NCBI GenBank assembly: GCA_964408175.1
Contig: CAYOYL010000238.1
Location: 1 to 56,273, forward strand
Source of the DNA: an uncultured bacterium
GTDB lineage: Bacteria; Ratteibacteria; UBA8468; B48-G9; JAFGKM01
Length of the DNA: 56,273 nt
Reading direction: 5' to 3'
Shown: one piece after another, positions 43,345-51,791 of the stretch
How positions within the stretch are numbered: the first letter of the stretch is position 1
Layout: every line of letters starts with the position of its first letter
Position numbers and translations under genes: made by a program
The notes under the pieces: generated by a model
The model's input: only the letters and a program-made list of their open reading frames with translations
The model's database searches: none
What the model was told of the DNA's origin: nothing

Positions 43345-44661
43345 ATGAACGGTAAAAAAGTAAAGTCTGATTTCAGGTATGACACAGGTGAGACTAAGGT
43401 GCCATGGGCGGCTGTAGGAGAAAATATAAGGACGGAGGAGGTAATAGAAATAATCAGGTTTTTAATACAGCCAGGCGGTGATGAAGAATCTTATAAGGGA
43501 CAGTTAGAAAAAGTAAGAAAAGAGATTGAAAATCTAAAAGAAAAAGGTAGATTTGCCAGTAAACTGAGTTTAGGGACAAATGTAAAAAGGTTGGAAGAAG
43601 AGGTTAAAAAGTATTTAGACGTTAAGTATGCCTGTCTTTTAACCAATGCCACGGCAGGGTTTGAAATAGGTCTTAAATTCAGTGGTCTGAAACCGGGAGA
43701 CGAGGTAATAGCACCAGCTATCACCTTTTTTTCCACAATAAATTATCCGCTGCATATTGGTGCTAAGGTAGTACTGGCGGATATAGACCCAAGAACCATA
43801 AATCTTGACCCTAAAGATGTGGAGAGAAAAATAACAAAAAAAACAAAGGCAATCATCCCTGTGGATATAGGGGGCTATCCTGTAGATATGGACCCTATAA
43901 TGGAACTGGCAGAGAAATATGACCTGATGGTTGTAGAGGATTCTGCCCATGCTCTGGGAGCAAGTTACAAAGGGAAGAAAATAGGAACAATAGGCCACTT
44001 CGGTTCGTTCAGTTTACATGAAGTGAAAAATGTTAATTCACTTGGAGAAGGTGGGTTGCTGGTTACGAATACAGAATACGGAGAATACCTTCCGCATTCA
44101 CGTTTTGGCGGATTTGACATATCAAATCCTATAGACAAGTGGTTATATGACGTAATAGCTTTAAAGGGTAAAGGTGGACACTACTCAGTTGCCGGTAATC
44201 ATTCCTCCACAGAGATACAGGCAGTTGCTCTGTTAAACCAGATGGGAAGGCTGGATAAGATAATTGAGGTTAGAAGAAAAAATGCAGAATATCTGACCAA
44301 CAGGTTCTCGGAGATAGAGGGTATTGTCCCGCAACTTCTGGATACAGACGAGATAAAAGGTACTTACCACCTTTATCTTTTTCAATTAGAACCGGACAGA
44401 CTAAAAGGGGATATTCAGGATTTCAAGAAAAAGATAGCATTAAAAGGGGTAACTCAGATACCGCATTTCGCACCCCTTTATCGTTTTTCTTTTCTTAAGC
44501 AGCTCGGATATGACGTAGAGGCTATGAAAAAGAGCTGTCCCAATGCAGAAGAGGTCTTTTTGCACAGGTTTACGCATCTACCTTTGTATCCGTTAACACA
44601 GGAACAGCTTGAATATATGGCTGACAGTGTGATTCAGGTTGTAAGAGAGATGCAAAAATAG
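43345..44661 (+). CDS. DegT/DnrJ/EryC1/StrS-family PLP-dependent aminotransferase
   Basis: 438 aa. GDEVIAPAITFFSTINYPL, VVEDSAHALGA and the PLP-lysine region FSLHEVKNVNSLGEGG. GGGGGA lies 4 nt upstream. Confidence 0.9.
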   Translation: MNGKKVKSDFRYDTGETKVPWAAVGENIRTEEVIEIIRFLIQPGGDEESYKGQLEKVRKEIENLKEKGRFASKLSLGTNVKRLEEEVKKYLDVKYACLLTNATAGFEIGLKFSGLKPGDEVIAPAITFFSTINYPLHIGAKVVLADIDPRTINLDPKDVERKITKKTKAIIPVDIGGYPVDMDPIMELAEKYDLMVVEDSAHALGASYKGKKIGTIGHFGSFSLHEVKNVNSLGEGGLLVTNTEYGEYLPHSRFGGFDISNPIDKWLYDVIALKGKGGHYSVAGNHSSTEIQAVALLNQMGRLDKIIEVRRKNAEYLTNRFSEIEGIVPQLLDTDEIKGTYHLYLFQLEPDRLKGDIQDFKKKIALKGVTQIPHFAPLYRFSFLKQLGYDVEAMKKSCPNAEEVFLHRFTHLPLYPLTQEQLEYMADSVIQVVREMQK

Positions 44662-44731
44662 GTTAAATCAGTATCTTCTCTAAAAATCTTCTATTATCTG
44701 ATTTTATCTATACCGCGGAGGGCTCAGTTAA

Positions 44732-45919
44732 ATGTTTCTCTTAGGTCCATTTCAAAAACAGAGAGCAGTGCTTAAAGATAAAGGGTATGGTAAGAAAACA
44801 ACTTTGCTGGTGCTTATTGCAGTCATTTGTTTATCTGTAAAATTTATTTTCCCCCAGAATAAAAATACTCTGTTACCTCTGGTTAAATCGGATGCCCAGG
44901 TAAAAAACGTCATCCTGTTTATCGGCGATGGTATGGGAATATCCCAGATTGCAATTACCCGTATAAAATCACATGGGGCGGAAGGCCGGCTGCATATGGA
45001 ACGGATGCCGGTAACAGGACTACTGTATACATATTCCACTTCACTTGTTACAGATTCAGCAGCGGCTGTAACAGCACTGGCAACAGGATATAGAACTGAC
45101 AACGGCATGATTTCTCTGAGCCCTGACGGGAAAAAACTGCCTACCATTATGGAGGTATGCAAATCTAAGGGCTTAGCAACAGGGCTGGTTGCTACCTCCA
45201 CCATTACCCATGCTACTCCTGCAGGTTTTGCCTCCCATGTAAAATTGAGAAATGATGAACAGGCAATAGCAGTACAGTATCTTGAGAACAGGGTGAATAT
45301 CTTGCTCGGGGGCGGTAAACAGTACTTTCTGCCGCAATCCAACCCTATAAGTAAAAGGAAAGACGAGCAAGACCTGATATCCAGAGCCAAAGAGATTGGT
45401 TACACCTTCGTAGAAACAAAAAAGGGAATGTTGGCGGCTGAAACAGACTATCTTCTGGGGCTTTTTGCATCAGGGGCTTTATCTTTTAACCCTGAACCGA
45501 GTCTGGCAGAAATGACGCAAAAGGCTATCTCCATCGTGAGTAAATGTGAAAAGGGTTTTTTTCTTATGATTGAAGGCTCACAGATTGACTGGGCAGGTCA
45601 TGCAAATGATATGGACAATACAGTTCTTCAAACCATTCTTTTTGATGAGGCAGTGAAGGTCGGTTTGGACTTTGCTTTGAAGAACAAGCAAACGCTGGTG
45701 GTAGTAACCGCTGACCATGAATGCGGCGGTTTGGGTATAAATGGAGGGACGCTTGATGGTAAGGATGTAACAGTTGGCTGGACAACCAGAGGACACAGTG
45801 CTGTTCCTGTACCCATATTGGCATTTGGTCCGGGTGCAGAAACTTTTATGGGGGTGAATCATCTTACTGATGTGCCTGCAAAAATTGCAGCTCTCTTAGG
45901 GATAAAAAATTTCCCGTAA
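44732..45919 (+). CDS. Alkaline phosphatase (PhoA family), secreted or anchored
   Basis: 395 aa. ILFIGDGMG, active-site TDSAAAVTALATG, QIDWAGHAND and VTADHECGG metal-ligand motifs. N-terminal hydrophobic anchor. Confidence 0.9.
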   Translation: MFLLGPFQKQRAVLKDKGYGKKTTLLVLIAVICLSVKFIFPQNKNTLLPLVKSDAQVKNVILFIGDGMGISQIAITRIKSHGAEGRLHMERMPVTGLLYTYSTSLVTDSAAAVTALATGYRTDNGMISLSPDGKKLPTIMEVCKSKGLATGLVATSTITHATPAGFASHVKLRNDEQAIAVQYLENRVNILLGGGKQYFLPQSNPISKRKDEQDLISRAKEIGYTFVETKKGMLAAETDYLLGLFASGALSFNPEPSLAEMTQKAISIVSKCEKGFFLMIEGSQIDWAGHANDMDNTVLQTILFDEAVKVGLDFALKNKQTLVVVTADHECGGLGINGGTLDGKDVTVGWTTRGHSAVPVPILAFGPGAETFMGVNHLTDVPAKIAALLGIKNFP

Positions 45920-46007
45920 TAATAAAAGAATTGTTTTAACCATGATGAAACATGAGGTGTATGAAAAGGTAAAGGGGAAATGTAGAGCATCAGTATAAAT
46001 AAACAAT

Positions 46008-46028
46008 AAGCTCCGGCGGTAGGACTCG
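46008..46028. repeat. 21-bp duplicate of the tRNA-Asn 3' end (att-like direct repeat)
   Basis: AAGCTCCGGCGGTAGGACTCG at 46008-46028 is identical to 46136-46156, which covers the T-loop to the 3' end of tRNA-Asn plus 3 flanking nt. Confidence 0.9.
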
Positions 46029-46138
46029 GCGCCGCTCAGCTTTCAAAACGCTTCGGGTCGGCCACCCGCTGGGATTGCTCTTACACATCGCAATCCCTGA
46101 CTTCGCTCCCTTCGAGTCCTATCTCAAGAAGAGACAAG

Positions 46139-46210
46139 CTCCGGCGGTAGGACTCGAACCTACAACCTTGCGGTTAACAGCCGCTTGCTCCACCATTGAG
46201 CTACGCCGGA
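46139..46210 (-). tRNA. tRNA-Asn (anticodon GUU), CCA not encoded
   Basis: Hand-folded cloverleaf: TCCGGCG TA GCTC AATGGTG GAGC A AGCGG CTGTTAA CCGCA AGGTT GTAGG TTCGAGT CCTAC CGCCGGA G. It has a 7-bp acceptor stem, 4-bp D stem and 5-bp T stem. The anticodon loop CUGUUAA is the same as in E. coli tRNA-Asn. One A/A mismatch at 27:43. Confidence 0.9.
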
Positions 46211-46251
46211 ATACAATTGTATATTATAGCAGATTTACGGAAAGAAATAAA

Positions 46252-46551
46252 TTATTTTTTGCTGGCAGCAGTGACTGACTTTGAAGTTGAATCAGTTGAA
46301 TTGGCAGATGATGTTACGTTCCCTGTTGTTACCGGCTGTTTCTCTTCTCTTTCCCTCTTTTTATATTCTTCACTTCTGTACTCGGTTGTGTAAAAACCCG
46401 GTCCCTTAAAGATAAATCCACCGCCAGTACCTATAATTCTGATTACCTTCCCTTTGCATCTGGGACATTTTTTTACAGGTTCGTCAGTCATTTTCTGGAA
46501 CTTTTCAAAAGTATATCCGCATTTTGTGCATTCATACTGATACGTCGGCAT
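46252..46551 (-). CDS. FmdB-family (CxxC_CxxC_SSSS) zinc-ribbon protein
   Basis: 99 aa. The canonical N-terminus MPTYQYECTKCGYTFE...KCPRCKG. AAGGAG SD upstream. Confidence 0.85.
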   Translation of the reverse strand: MPTYQYECTKCGYTFEKFQKMTDEPVKKCPRCKGKVIRIIGTGGGFIFKGPGFYTTEYRSEEYKKREREEKQPVTTGNVTSSANSTDSTSKSVTAASKK

Positions 46552-46705
46552 AATATCTCCTTTACTCTGCTTGTGCGGACGATTCTTACGCGGGAAATTG
46601 ATTTATTGTTTTTCCCTTGGTACGCCCGAAAAGTGAGAGGTTTTAACCTGTTAATTTTAATGGAATATAAAAATATACCTCAAAAAAGAAAAATGTCAAG
46701 GTTTT

Positions 46706-47935
46706 TTAAAATGGAAGGTTCTCTTCGTCATTCGCTTTTTTTGTCTTTTTCCCGGAATTTAATATGCTGTCTACTTTCTTGTCCTGGTTTTCTATGTAAA
46801 GTGACATAGTTGGGAAGGCGATGGAAAGTCCCTGTTCCTTGAGTTTTCTCATTATTGCAAGATTTATCCGCTCCTTCACCTCCAGATGTTCAGCAAAAAC
46901 CGTGGCCTTTGTAAAGTAATAGACAAGAATGTTTAGACTGGAATTTCCGAATTCTGTGAAGCGTACAACAAAGAATTCCTTGTCAATGTCAGAATCATCG
47001 GTGATTATTTCTCTGATTGATGCCACTGCTTTTTCCATCTGGGCGGCTGTTGTTTCATATGTAACGCCAACTACCTGTGAGACTCTTCTTTTAGGCATCT
47101 TTGACCAGTTGTCAATTGTTGCATTGGCAACAGTTTTGTTTGGTATAGACACAAGCGTCGCAGGCCATGTTCTTATGCGTGTTGAACGAAATCCTACATC
47201 TTCAACAATACCTTCCACCTCTCCTATTTTAATCCAGTCTCCCACCATAAAAGGTCTGTCAATAAAGATAAAGATGGAACCAAAAAAGTTGGAAAGTGTA
47301 TCCTGCAAAGCCAGTGCAACGGCAAGTCCGCCTATACCGAGCCCGGCAAGCAAACTGGAAATGTTGTAACCGAGTAACTGAATTATCCACAAAAAACTTA
47401 TAATCCCTATCGTTATTTTCAGTGCTCTGTTTACAAAAGGAACCAGTTGTTCGTCAAGTTTTGATTCCGTACGCTCGGCAAGATGTGTAAGGTATTTTGT
47501 TGCGATATCCACAAGTCTGAACAGAAACCAGAGAAAGTCAAAGGCAATAAGGATTTTTAGCGTCCCGAACACGAAACCGTTTATATCCGGTTTATCAGGT
47601 AAGGGCAACACTGCCATTGCCCCGCCAATTCCGGCGAGAAGGAGCAAAAATCCGAAAGGCTTGCTTAATGCTTGAAAGAACAGGTCGTCAAATTCAATAT
47701 GAGTTTTTTTAAAAAGGGGTATAATCCGTTTTTCAAATATGTTGTCTGATATCTTTTTTAATACCAGCCCGAGCAGGATGAAAAAGAATGCACAGACAAA
47801 CTGCCATAGGGCTATACCTGCAAACTCTTTTTGCATCCATTCCGGGAAATGAGAAGCAAAATCCAATCTGATGTTTATCACAGATTGTGCAGGGTTTGTC
47901 TCATCAGCAAAAAGAAGGTTTTGATAAATTTTCAT
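46706..47935 (-). CDS. Mechanosensitive ion channel, MscS family
   Basis: 409 aa. Multiple TM helices, then IFIFIDRPFMVGDWIKIGEVEGIVEDVGFRSTRIRTWPATLVSIPN, the MscS beta-domain signature. Confidence 0.9.
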   Translation of the reverse strand: MKIYQNLLFADETNPAQSVINIRLDFASHFPEWMQKEFAGIALWQFVCAFFFILLGLVLKKISDNIFEKRIIPLFKKTHIEFDDLFFQALSKPFGFLLLLAGIGGAMAVLPLPDKPDINGFVFGTLKILIAFDFLWFLFRLVDIATKYLTHLAERTESKLDEQLVPFVNRALKITIGIISFLWIIQLLGYNISSLLAGLGIGGLAVALALQDTLSNFFGSIFIFIDRPFMVGDWIKIGEVEGIVEDVGFRSTRIRTWPATLVSIPNKTVANATIDNWSKMPKRRVSQVVGVTYETTAAQMEKAVASIREIITDDSDIDKEFFVVRFTEFGNSSLNILVYYFTKATVFAEHLEVKERINLAIMRKLKEQGLSIAFPTMSLYIENQDKKVDSILNSGKKTKKANDEENLPF

Positions 47936-48199
47936 AACTTATTGATTATAACAGATTTAATACATTTCTTCAACATGGAGTAGCGTTAATAGACAATGTA
48001 ATGTATAATGTTTACCTGATGTAGTAAAACAAGATAGAAAGGAAGGTTTATTGCTCACAGGAAAGGTCTCCGTGGATATCCAGAAGAATATAAGAAAAGT
48101 AAGTAGAATGCAGGGTGTATAAGGTGAAAAATTTTGCTTACGAGATAATAGAAAACAAGAAAGGTTGTGTCATTCATTTTTAACAAAGGTGGGGTGAAA

Positions 48200-49303
48200 A
48201 TGATAATGATAAATCCTGTAAGAAATCCTGAACCCGATTTTGTGAGTCTCAAAGAAGTTTTGGGTGGAAAGAAAAAACCGGAAAAGATTTATTTTGTGGA
48301 ATTGTTAATGGATGAAGAGATTAAAAGGTCTGTTGTAGAGAAATTATTCAGGAAAAGATGGGTTCCTTACTCATCTGAAAATGAGAAGTCCTATCTGCTT
48401 CAGGATATAGACTTCTGGTATAGGATGGGCTATGACTACATAAGGGTTTCAGGAGGAGGCAGGGTAACCCTGTCGTGGCAAAGAGACATAAGAGAGACAG
48501 GAGATACTGCTGTTCTTTCAAGAGGAGAAAGGGTCTGGGTTGAAGAAGGACAGGGAATAATTTCTTCGTGGGAAGATTTTGAGAAATATCAGTGGCCTGA
48601 CCCAAAAAAGATTGACTATTTCCCGTATGAGTTCACTGCTAAAAATTTACCCGAAGGGATGCAAATGATGGTTTGTCCGTCTGATGGCATCTTTGAGGTG
48701 GTAAGCGAAAGTCTCCTCGGAATGGAAGGCCTTTCTTATTTACTTGCAGATGAACCAGAACTCGTAAAAGAGGTTTTCAAAAAAGTTGGAGAAATAATTT
48801 ATTCTTTTTATGAGAACGTAATAGAGTTAGATAATGTAGGAGGATTTTTTCAGGGAGATGATATGGGTTATAAAACATCTACTATTGTTAGGCCAGATAC
48901 CTTAAGAGAATTGGTGTTGCCGTGGCATAAAAAATTTGCAGAACTGGCCCATAGACACGATAAGATGTACTGGCTTCACTGTTGTGGAAATGTATTAACC
49001 TTGATGGACGATTTTATTAACGATGTTATGATTGATGCTTTTCACTCTTTTCAGGATGTAATTATTCCAGTTGGGGATTTCATGCGAAGATATCCAGAAA
49101 TAGCTACATTGGGAGGAGTGGACGTAAATAATCTGGGGAGGATGGAAGAAAAAGAGTTAAGGATATATATACAGGGTATATTGAACCAGTGTATGCCCGG
49201 TAGATATGCCTTAGGCTCAGGTAATAGCATAGCTAATTATATCCCTCTTGAAAATTATCTTGTGATGCTGGATGAAGGAGTGAAGTGGGGAGGTAATAGA
49301 TAA
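48200..49303 (+). CDS. Uroporphyrinogen-decarboxylase (URO-D) family protein, possibly methyltransferase-like
   Basis: The ORF track starts at 48167. I prefer the ATG at 48200, with an AAAGGTGGGG SD-like sequence upstream. YWLHCCGNVL..., DAFHSFQD and LGGVD resemble the URO-D/MtaA-like fold. Substrate unknown. Confidence 0.65.
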   Translation: MIMINPVRNPEPDFVSLKEVLGGKKKPEKIYFVELLMDEEIKRSVVEKLFRKRWVPYSSENEKSYLLQDIDFWYRMGYDYIRVSGGGRVTLSWQRDIRETGDTAVLSRGERVWVEEGQGIISSWEDFEKYQWPDPKKIDYFPYEFTAKNLPEGMQMMVCPSDGIFEVVSESLLGMEGLSYLLADEPELVKEVFKKVGEIIYSFYENVIELDNVGGFFQGDDMGYKTSTIVRPDTLRELVLPWHKKFAELAHRHDKMYWLHCCGNVLTLMDDFINDVMIDAFHSFQDVIIPVGDFMRRYPEIATLGGVDVNNLGRMEEKELRIYIQGILNQCMPGRYALGSGNSIANYIPLENYLVMLDEGVKWGGNR

Positions 49304-49378
49304 AACATCTCGGTTTCATATATTTTGCTCTATATGAACATCACCAATTATTCTCAGATTTTGCCCTGCCCAAATGGC

Positions 49379-49406
49379 TTGACTTTTTCTTCATTCCGTA
49401 TATAAT
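49379..49406 (+). promoter_or_regulatory. Sigma70-type promoter upstream of the ferredoxin gene
   Basis: TTGACT (49379-49384), a 16-nt spacer, then TATAAT (49401-49406). Confidence 0.5.
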
Positions 49407-49508
49407 AAATCCTGAATGTGCTCTTGTCCCACAGAATTCAAAGAGAATATAGGAAATATTTTGGGGTATGGCTGTTTGAATTTTAACTTTTAACACAGGA
49501 GGTTTAAA

Positions 49509-49790
49509 ATGCCAAAGGTGGTATTTGATTATCGTAAGTGTAAGGGTAGTGGAGAATGTATTGAAGTATGTCCTGTTGAGATTCTTGAACTCAGCAAGAA
49601 CAAAAAGTGGTGTAAGGCAATAGATGATAAGGTGGAGAATAAGGAAGCGGTTAAAGAATATTATGAGAAGGTGGAAGAAAAAGAACACGCTGAACCTGAT
49701 GTGGAAATTAAGTTTGATATGCCCGAGTGTGTGGTGTGTAATCTTTGTGTGGAATCTTGCCCTGAACACGCAATAACCATAGAAGAGTAG
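49509..49790 (+). CDS. Ferredoxin-like 4Fe-4S protein with a long charged insertion
   Basis: 93 aa. CKGSGECIEVCP and CVVCNLCVESCP cluster motifs are separated by a ~45-aa Lys/Glu-rich insert that carries one extra Cys (KKWCKA). GGAGG SD upstream. Confidence 0.75.
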   Translation: MPKVVFDYRKCKGSGECIEVCPVEILELSKNKKWCKAIDDKVENKEAVKEYYEKVEEKEHAEPDVEIKFDMPECVVCNLCVESCPEHAITIEE

Positions 49791-49892
49791 GCTTTAAGAA
49801 TCAGATTGCAAACATTAGGTAAAACAGATATTTCAGTATCATCATCAATGATATAACTGTGTGAGAATACTATCAAGGTTTCTTAACGGGTT

Positions 49893-49928
49893 ATTACATT
49901 TTTGAATGTAATCCATATGAAATTACAT
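49893..49928 (+). promoter_or_regulatory. Three-part ATTACAT / ATGTAAT / ATTACAT motif allowing two mutually exclusive hairpins at the start codon of the zinc-ribbon gene
   Basis: ATTACAT is at 49893-49899, ATGTAAT at 49906-49912 and ATTACAT at 49922-49928. The last copy overlaps the ATG at 49927. No SD sequence is visible upstream. Confidence 0.4.
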
Positions 49929-50178
49929 GCCTATTTACAGATATAAGGTGAAGGAGGGGGAAAAGGGGTGTAAATTTTGTAAGGAGGGATTTGAAATCCT
50001 GCAGGGTATAAAAGATGAACCTTTGAAAAAATGTCCTGAATGTGGGTCTGAAGTTGAAAAGGTTTTCTCCCCATTTTCACTGGGGTCTTCTAAAACAGGG
50101 TTTGACAGAAAGGCCATGGAAAAAGGTTTTCATAAATTAAAAAGGGTGGATAAAGGGAAATACGAAAAGTTGTATTAA
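49927..50178 (+). CDS. FmdB-family-like zinc-ribbon protein
   Basis: 83 aa. MPIYRYKVKEGEKGCKFCKEGFE...KCPECGS shows the MPIY.Y start and two CxxC knuckles of the family. Confidence 0.7.
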   Translation: MPIYRYKVKEGEKGCKFCKEGFEILQGIKDEPLKKCPECGSEVEKVFSPFSLGSSKTGFDRKAMEKGFHKLKRVDKGKYEKLY

Positions 50179-50282
50179 GTTTGACACGTAGCGGCAATTT
50201 TTCTTACAGTTTTTTATGTCATATACACTCTGGCAAAACGGTATTTTTTACAATATTGCTACCGCGATTAAAAATTGGATTA

Positions 50283-51620
50283 ATGAACAGCAAGAGGATT
50301 GAGCGACTAAACAATATTGATATAAAAAAGGGGAACGTTGTTTACTGGATGAGCAGGGACCAGCGTGTAGATGATAACTGGTCTTTTGTTTATGCGGTTG
50401 AGACTGCCAGAAAGATGAAACAGCCCGTCGGGGTTGTTTTTACCCTCACTGACTCTTTTCTGAAAGCAACCTACAGACAATATTCTTTTATGCTTTCTGG
50501 TCTCTCCCATGTTGAAAAAAGACTTGAAAAGATTAATATCCCTTTCTTTATCCTTTACGGCGACCCGCCTGAAGAGATACTGAAGTTCATTAATAAGAAC
50601 AAAACAGGGATTCTCATAACCGACTTCTCCCCGCTGAAGATAAACAGAGAGTGGAAAAAGAAGGTATCTGATAAAATCAAGACCGCTTTTGTTGAGGTTG
50701 ACGGACACAATATTATCCCCTGCCGTTTAACCTCTGATAAGCAGGAGTTTTCCGCCCGTACCATAAGACCAAAGATATACAGACTGCTGCCTGAGTTTTT
50801 GACCGAATTTCCAGGCGTTAAACGACATTCATTCTCATGGCAGGATAAGACCACCGGAAATGATTTTAAGAGGCTGGACAAAAGATTAAAGATTGACAGG
50901 AATGTAGAAAATCTGCGCTGGATTATTCCGGGTGAAAAAGAGGCCTTAAATCTTTTACGCCATTTCATAGAGGAAAAACTTGACAGTTATGCGAGTGACC
51001 GCAACAATCCTTTAAAAGACGGGCAGTCCGAGCTTTCACCCTACATTCATTTCGGACAGATATCTGCACAGAGAATAGCCCTTGAGATTCAAAAAGCCGG
51101 GGCGGACTTAAGAGCAACCGAATCTTTTCTTGAAGAACTTATTATCCGCAGGGAACTTGCAGAAAATTTTTGTTTTTACAATCGCCATTATGATTCCTTT
51201 CAAGGTTTTCCAGAATGGGCAAAGCGGACCCTTGAAAAGCACAGTAAAGATAGGCGTGACTATGTTTATTCCTTGAGTCGTTTTGAGTCCGCAGAGACAC
51301 ATGATGACCTGTGGAATGCAGCGCAGAGACAGATGTTTGTCAGAGGGAAGATGGGTGGTTATATGAGAATGTACTGGGCAAAGAAGATTCTGGAGTGGAG
51401 TAAAACCCCTGAAGAGGCATTTGAGACAGCAATTTATCTTAATGATAGATATGAACTGGATGGCAGGGACCCAAATGGATATACGGGTGTCGCATGGTCT
51501 ATTGGGGGACTCCATGACCGTCCGTGGTTCAGCCGTCCTGTGTTCGGTTCCGTTAGGTATATGAGCAGAAATGGGATGAAAAATAAATTTAATGTTGAAG
51601 AGTACATCAATAGATTTTGA
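50283..51620 (+). CDS. phr: Deoxyribodipyrimidine (CPD) photolyase, class II
   Basis: The ORF track starts at 50181. I prefer the ATG at 50283 (MNSKRIERLN...). VVYWMSRDQRVDDNW, SPYIHFGQIS, LWNAAQRQMFVRGKMGGYMRMYWAKKILEWS and YTGVAWSIGGLHDRPW match class II photolyases. Confidence 0.9.
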   Translation: MNSKRIERLNNIDIKKGNVVYWMSRDQRVDDNWSFVYAVETARKMKQPVGVVFTLTDSFLKATYRQYSFMLSGLSHVEKRLEKINIPFFILYGDPPEEILKFINKNKTGILITDFSPLKINREWKKKVSDKIKTAFVEVDGHNIIPCRLTSDKQEFSARTIRPKIYRLLPEFLTEFPGVKRHSFSWQDKTTGNDFKRLDKRLKIDRNVENLRWIIPGEKEALNLLRHFIEEKLDSYASDRNNPLKDGQSELSPYIHFGQISAQRIALEIQKAGADLRATESFLEELIIRRELAENFCFYNRHYDSFQGFPEWAKRTLEKHSKDRRDYVYSLSRFESAETHDDLWNAAQRQMFVRGKMGGYMRMYWAKKILEWSKTPEEAFETAIYLNDRYELDGRDPNGYTGVAWSIGGLHDRPWFSRPVFGSVRYMSRNGMKNKFNVEEYINRF

Positions 51621-51713
51621 AAAACTGACGGATATTTCTTTATTATCTAACTGCTTCGTTTAATTGATAAAACCTGAATTTCTTAATACTTATACCACAT
51701 TTAAAAAGAAGTG

Positions 51714-51742
51714 TTGACAGGGCTGTTTTTTTTCTGTATAAT
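51714..51742 (+). promoter_or_regulatory. Consensus sigma70 promoter upstream of the IclR-family gene
   Basis: TTGACA (51714-51719), a 17-nt spacer, then TATAAT (51737-51742). Both hexamers are perfect. Confidence 0.65.
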
Positions 51743-51791
51743 CAACAATAATAAATACATTTAACAATGATAAATAAAAACATATGGGAAA

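Noticed and set aside
43203-43385. A 60-aa minus-strand hydrophobic ORF in the Gfo/Idh/MocA - DegT intergenic region.
   Set aside because: It overlaps the DegT start and its SD, has no SD of its own, and its composition is what AT-rich promoter DNA gives in any open frame.
44752-45390. A 212-aa minus-strand ORF.
   Set aside because: It lies fully inside, and antisense to, the alkaline-phosphatase gene, whose catalytic motifs are unambiguous. The sequence is Ser/Pro/Ala-rich shadow-frame composition.
46029-46135. A second tRNA, a tmRNA fragment or SRP (4.5S) RNA in the insert between the tRNA-Asn 3'-end repeats.
   Set aside because: No acceptor-stem partner for the duplicated 3' end exists. 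The T-stem is not restored (GCGCC versus CCTAC). The inverted TTCGAGTCCTA has no pairing stem. The main hairpin has an 11-nt loop rather than a GNRA tetraloop, and the SRP helix-8 motifs (GGAA / AGCAGC) are absent.
49341-49769. A 142-aa minus-strand ORF.
   Set aside because: It overlaps the ferredoxin gene (clear CxxCxxCxxxCP motif, good SD) and its promoter region. The sequence is a Phe/Leu/Ile-rich artefact of AT-rich DNA.
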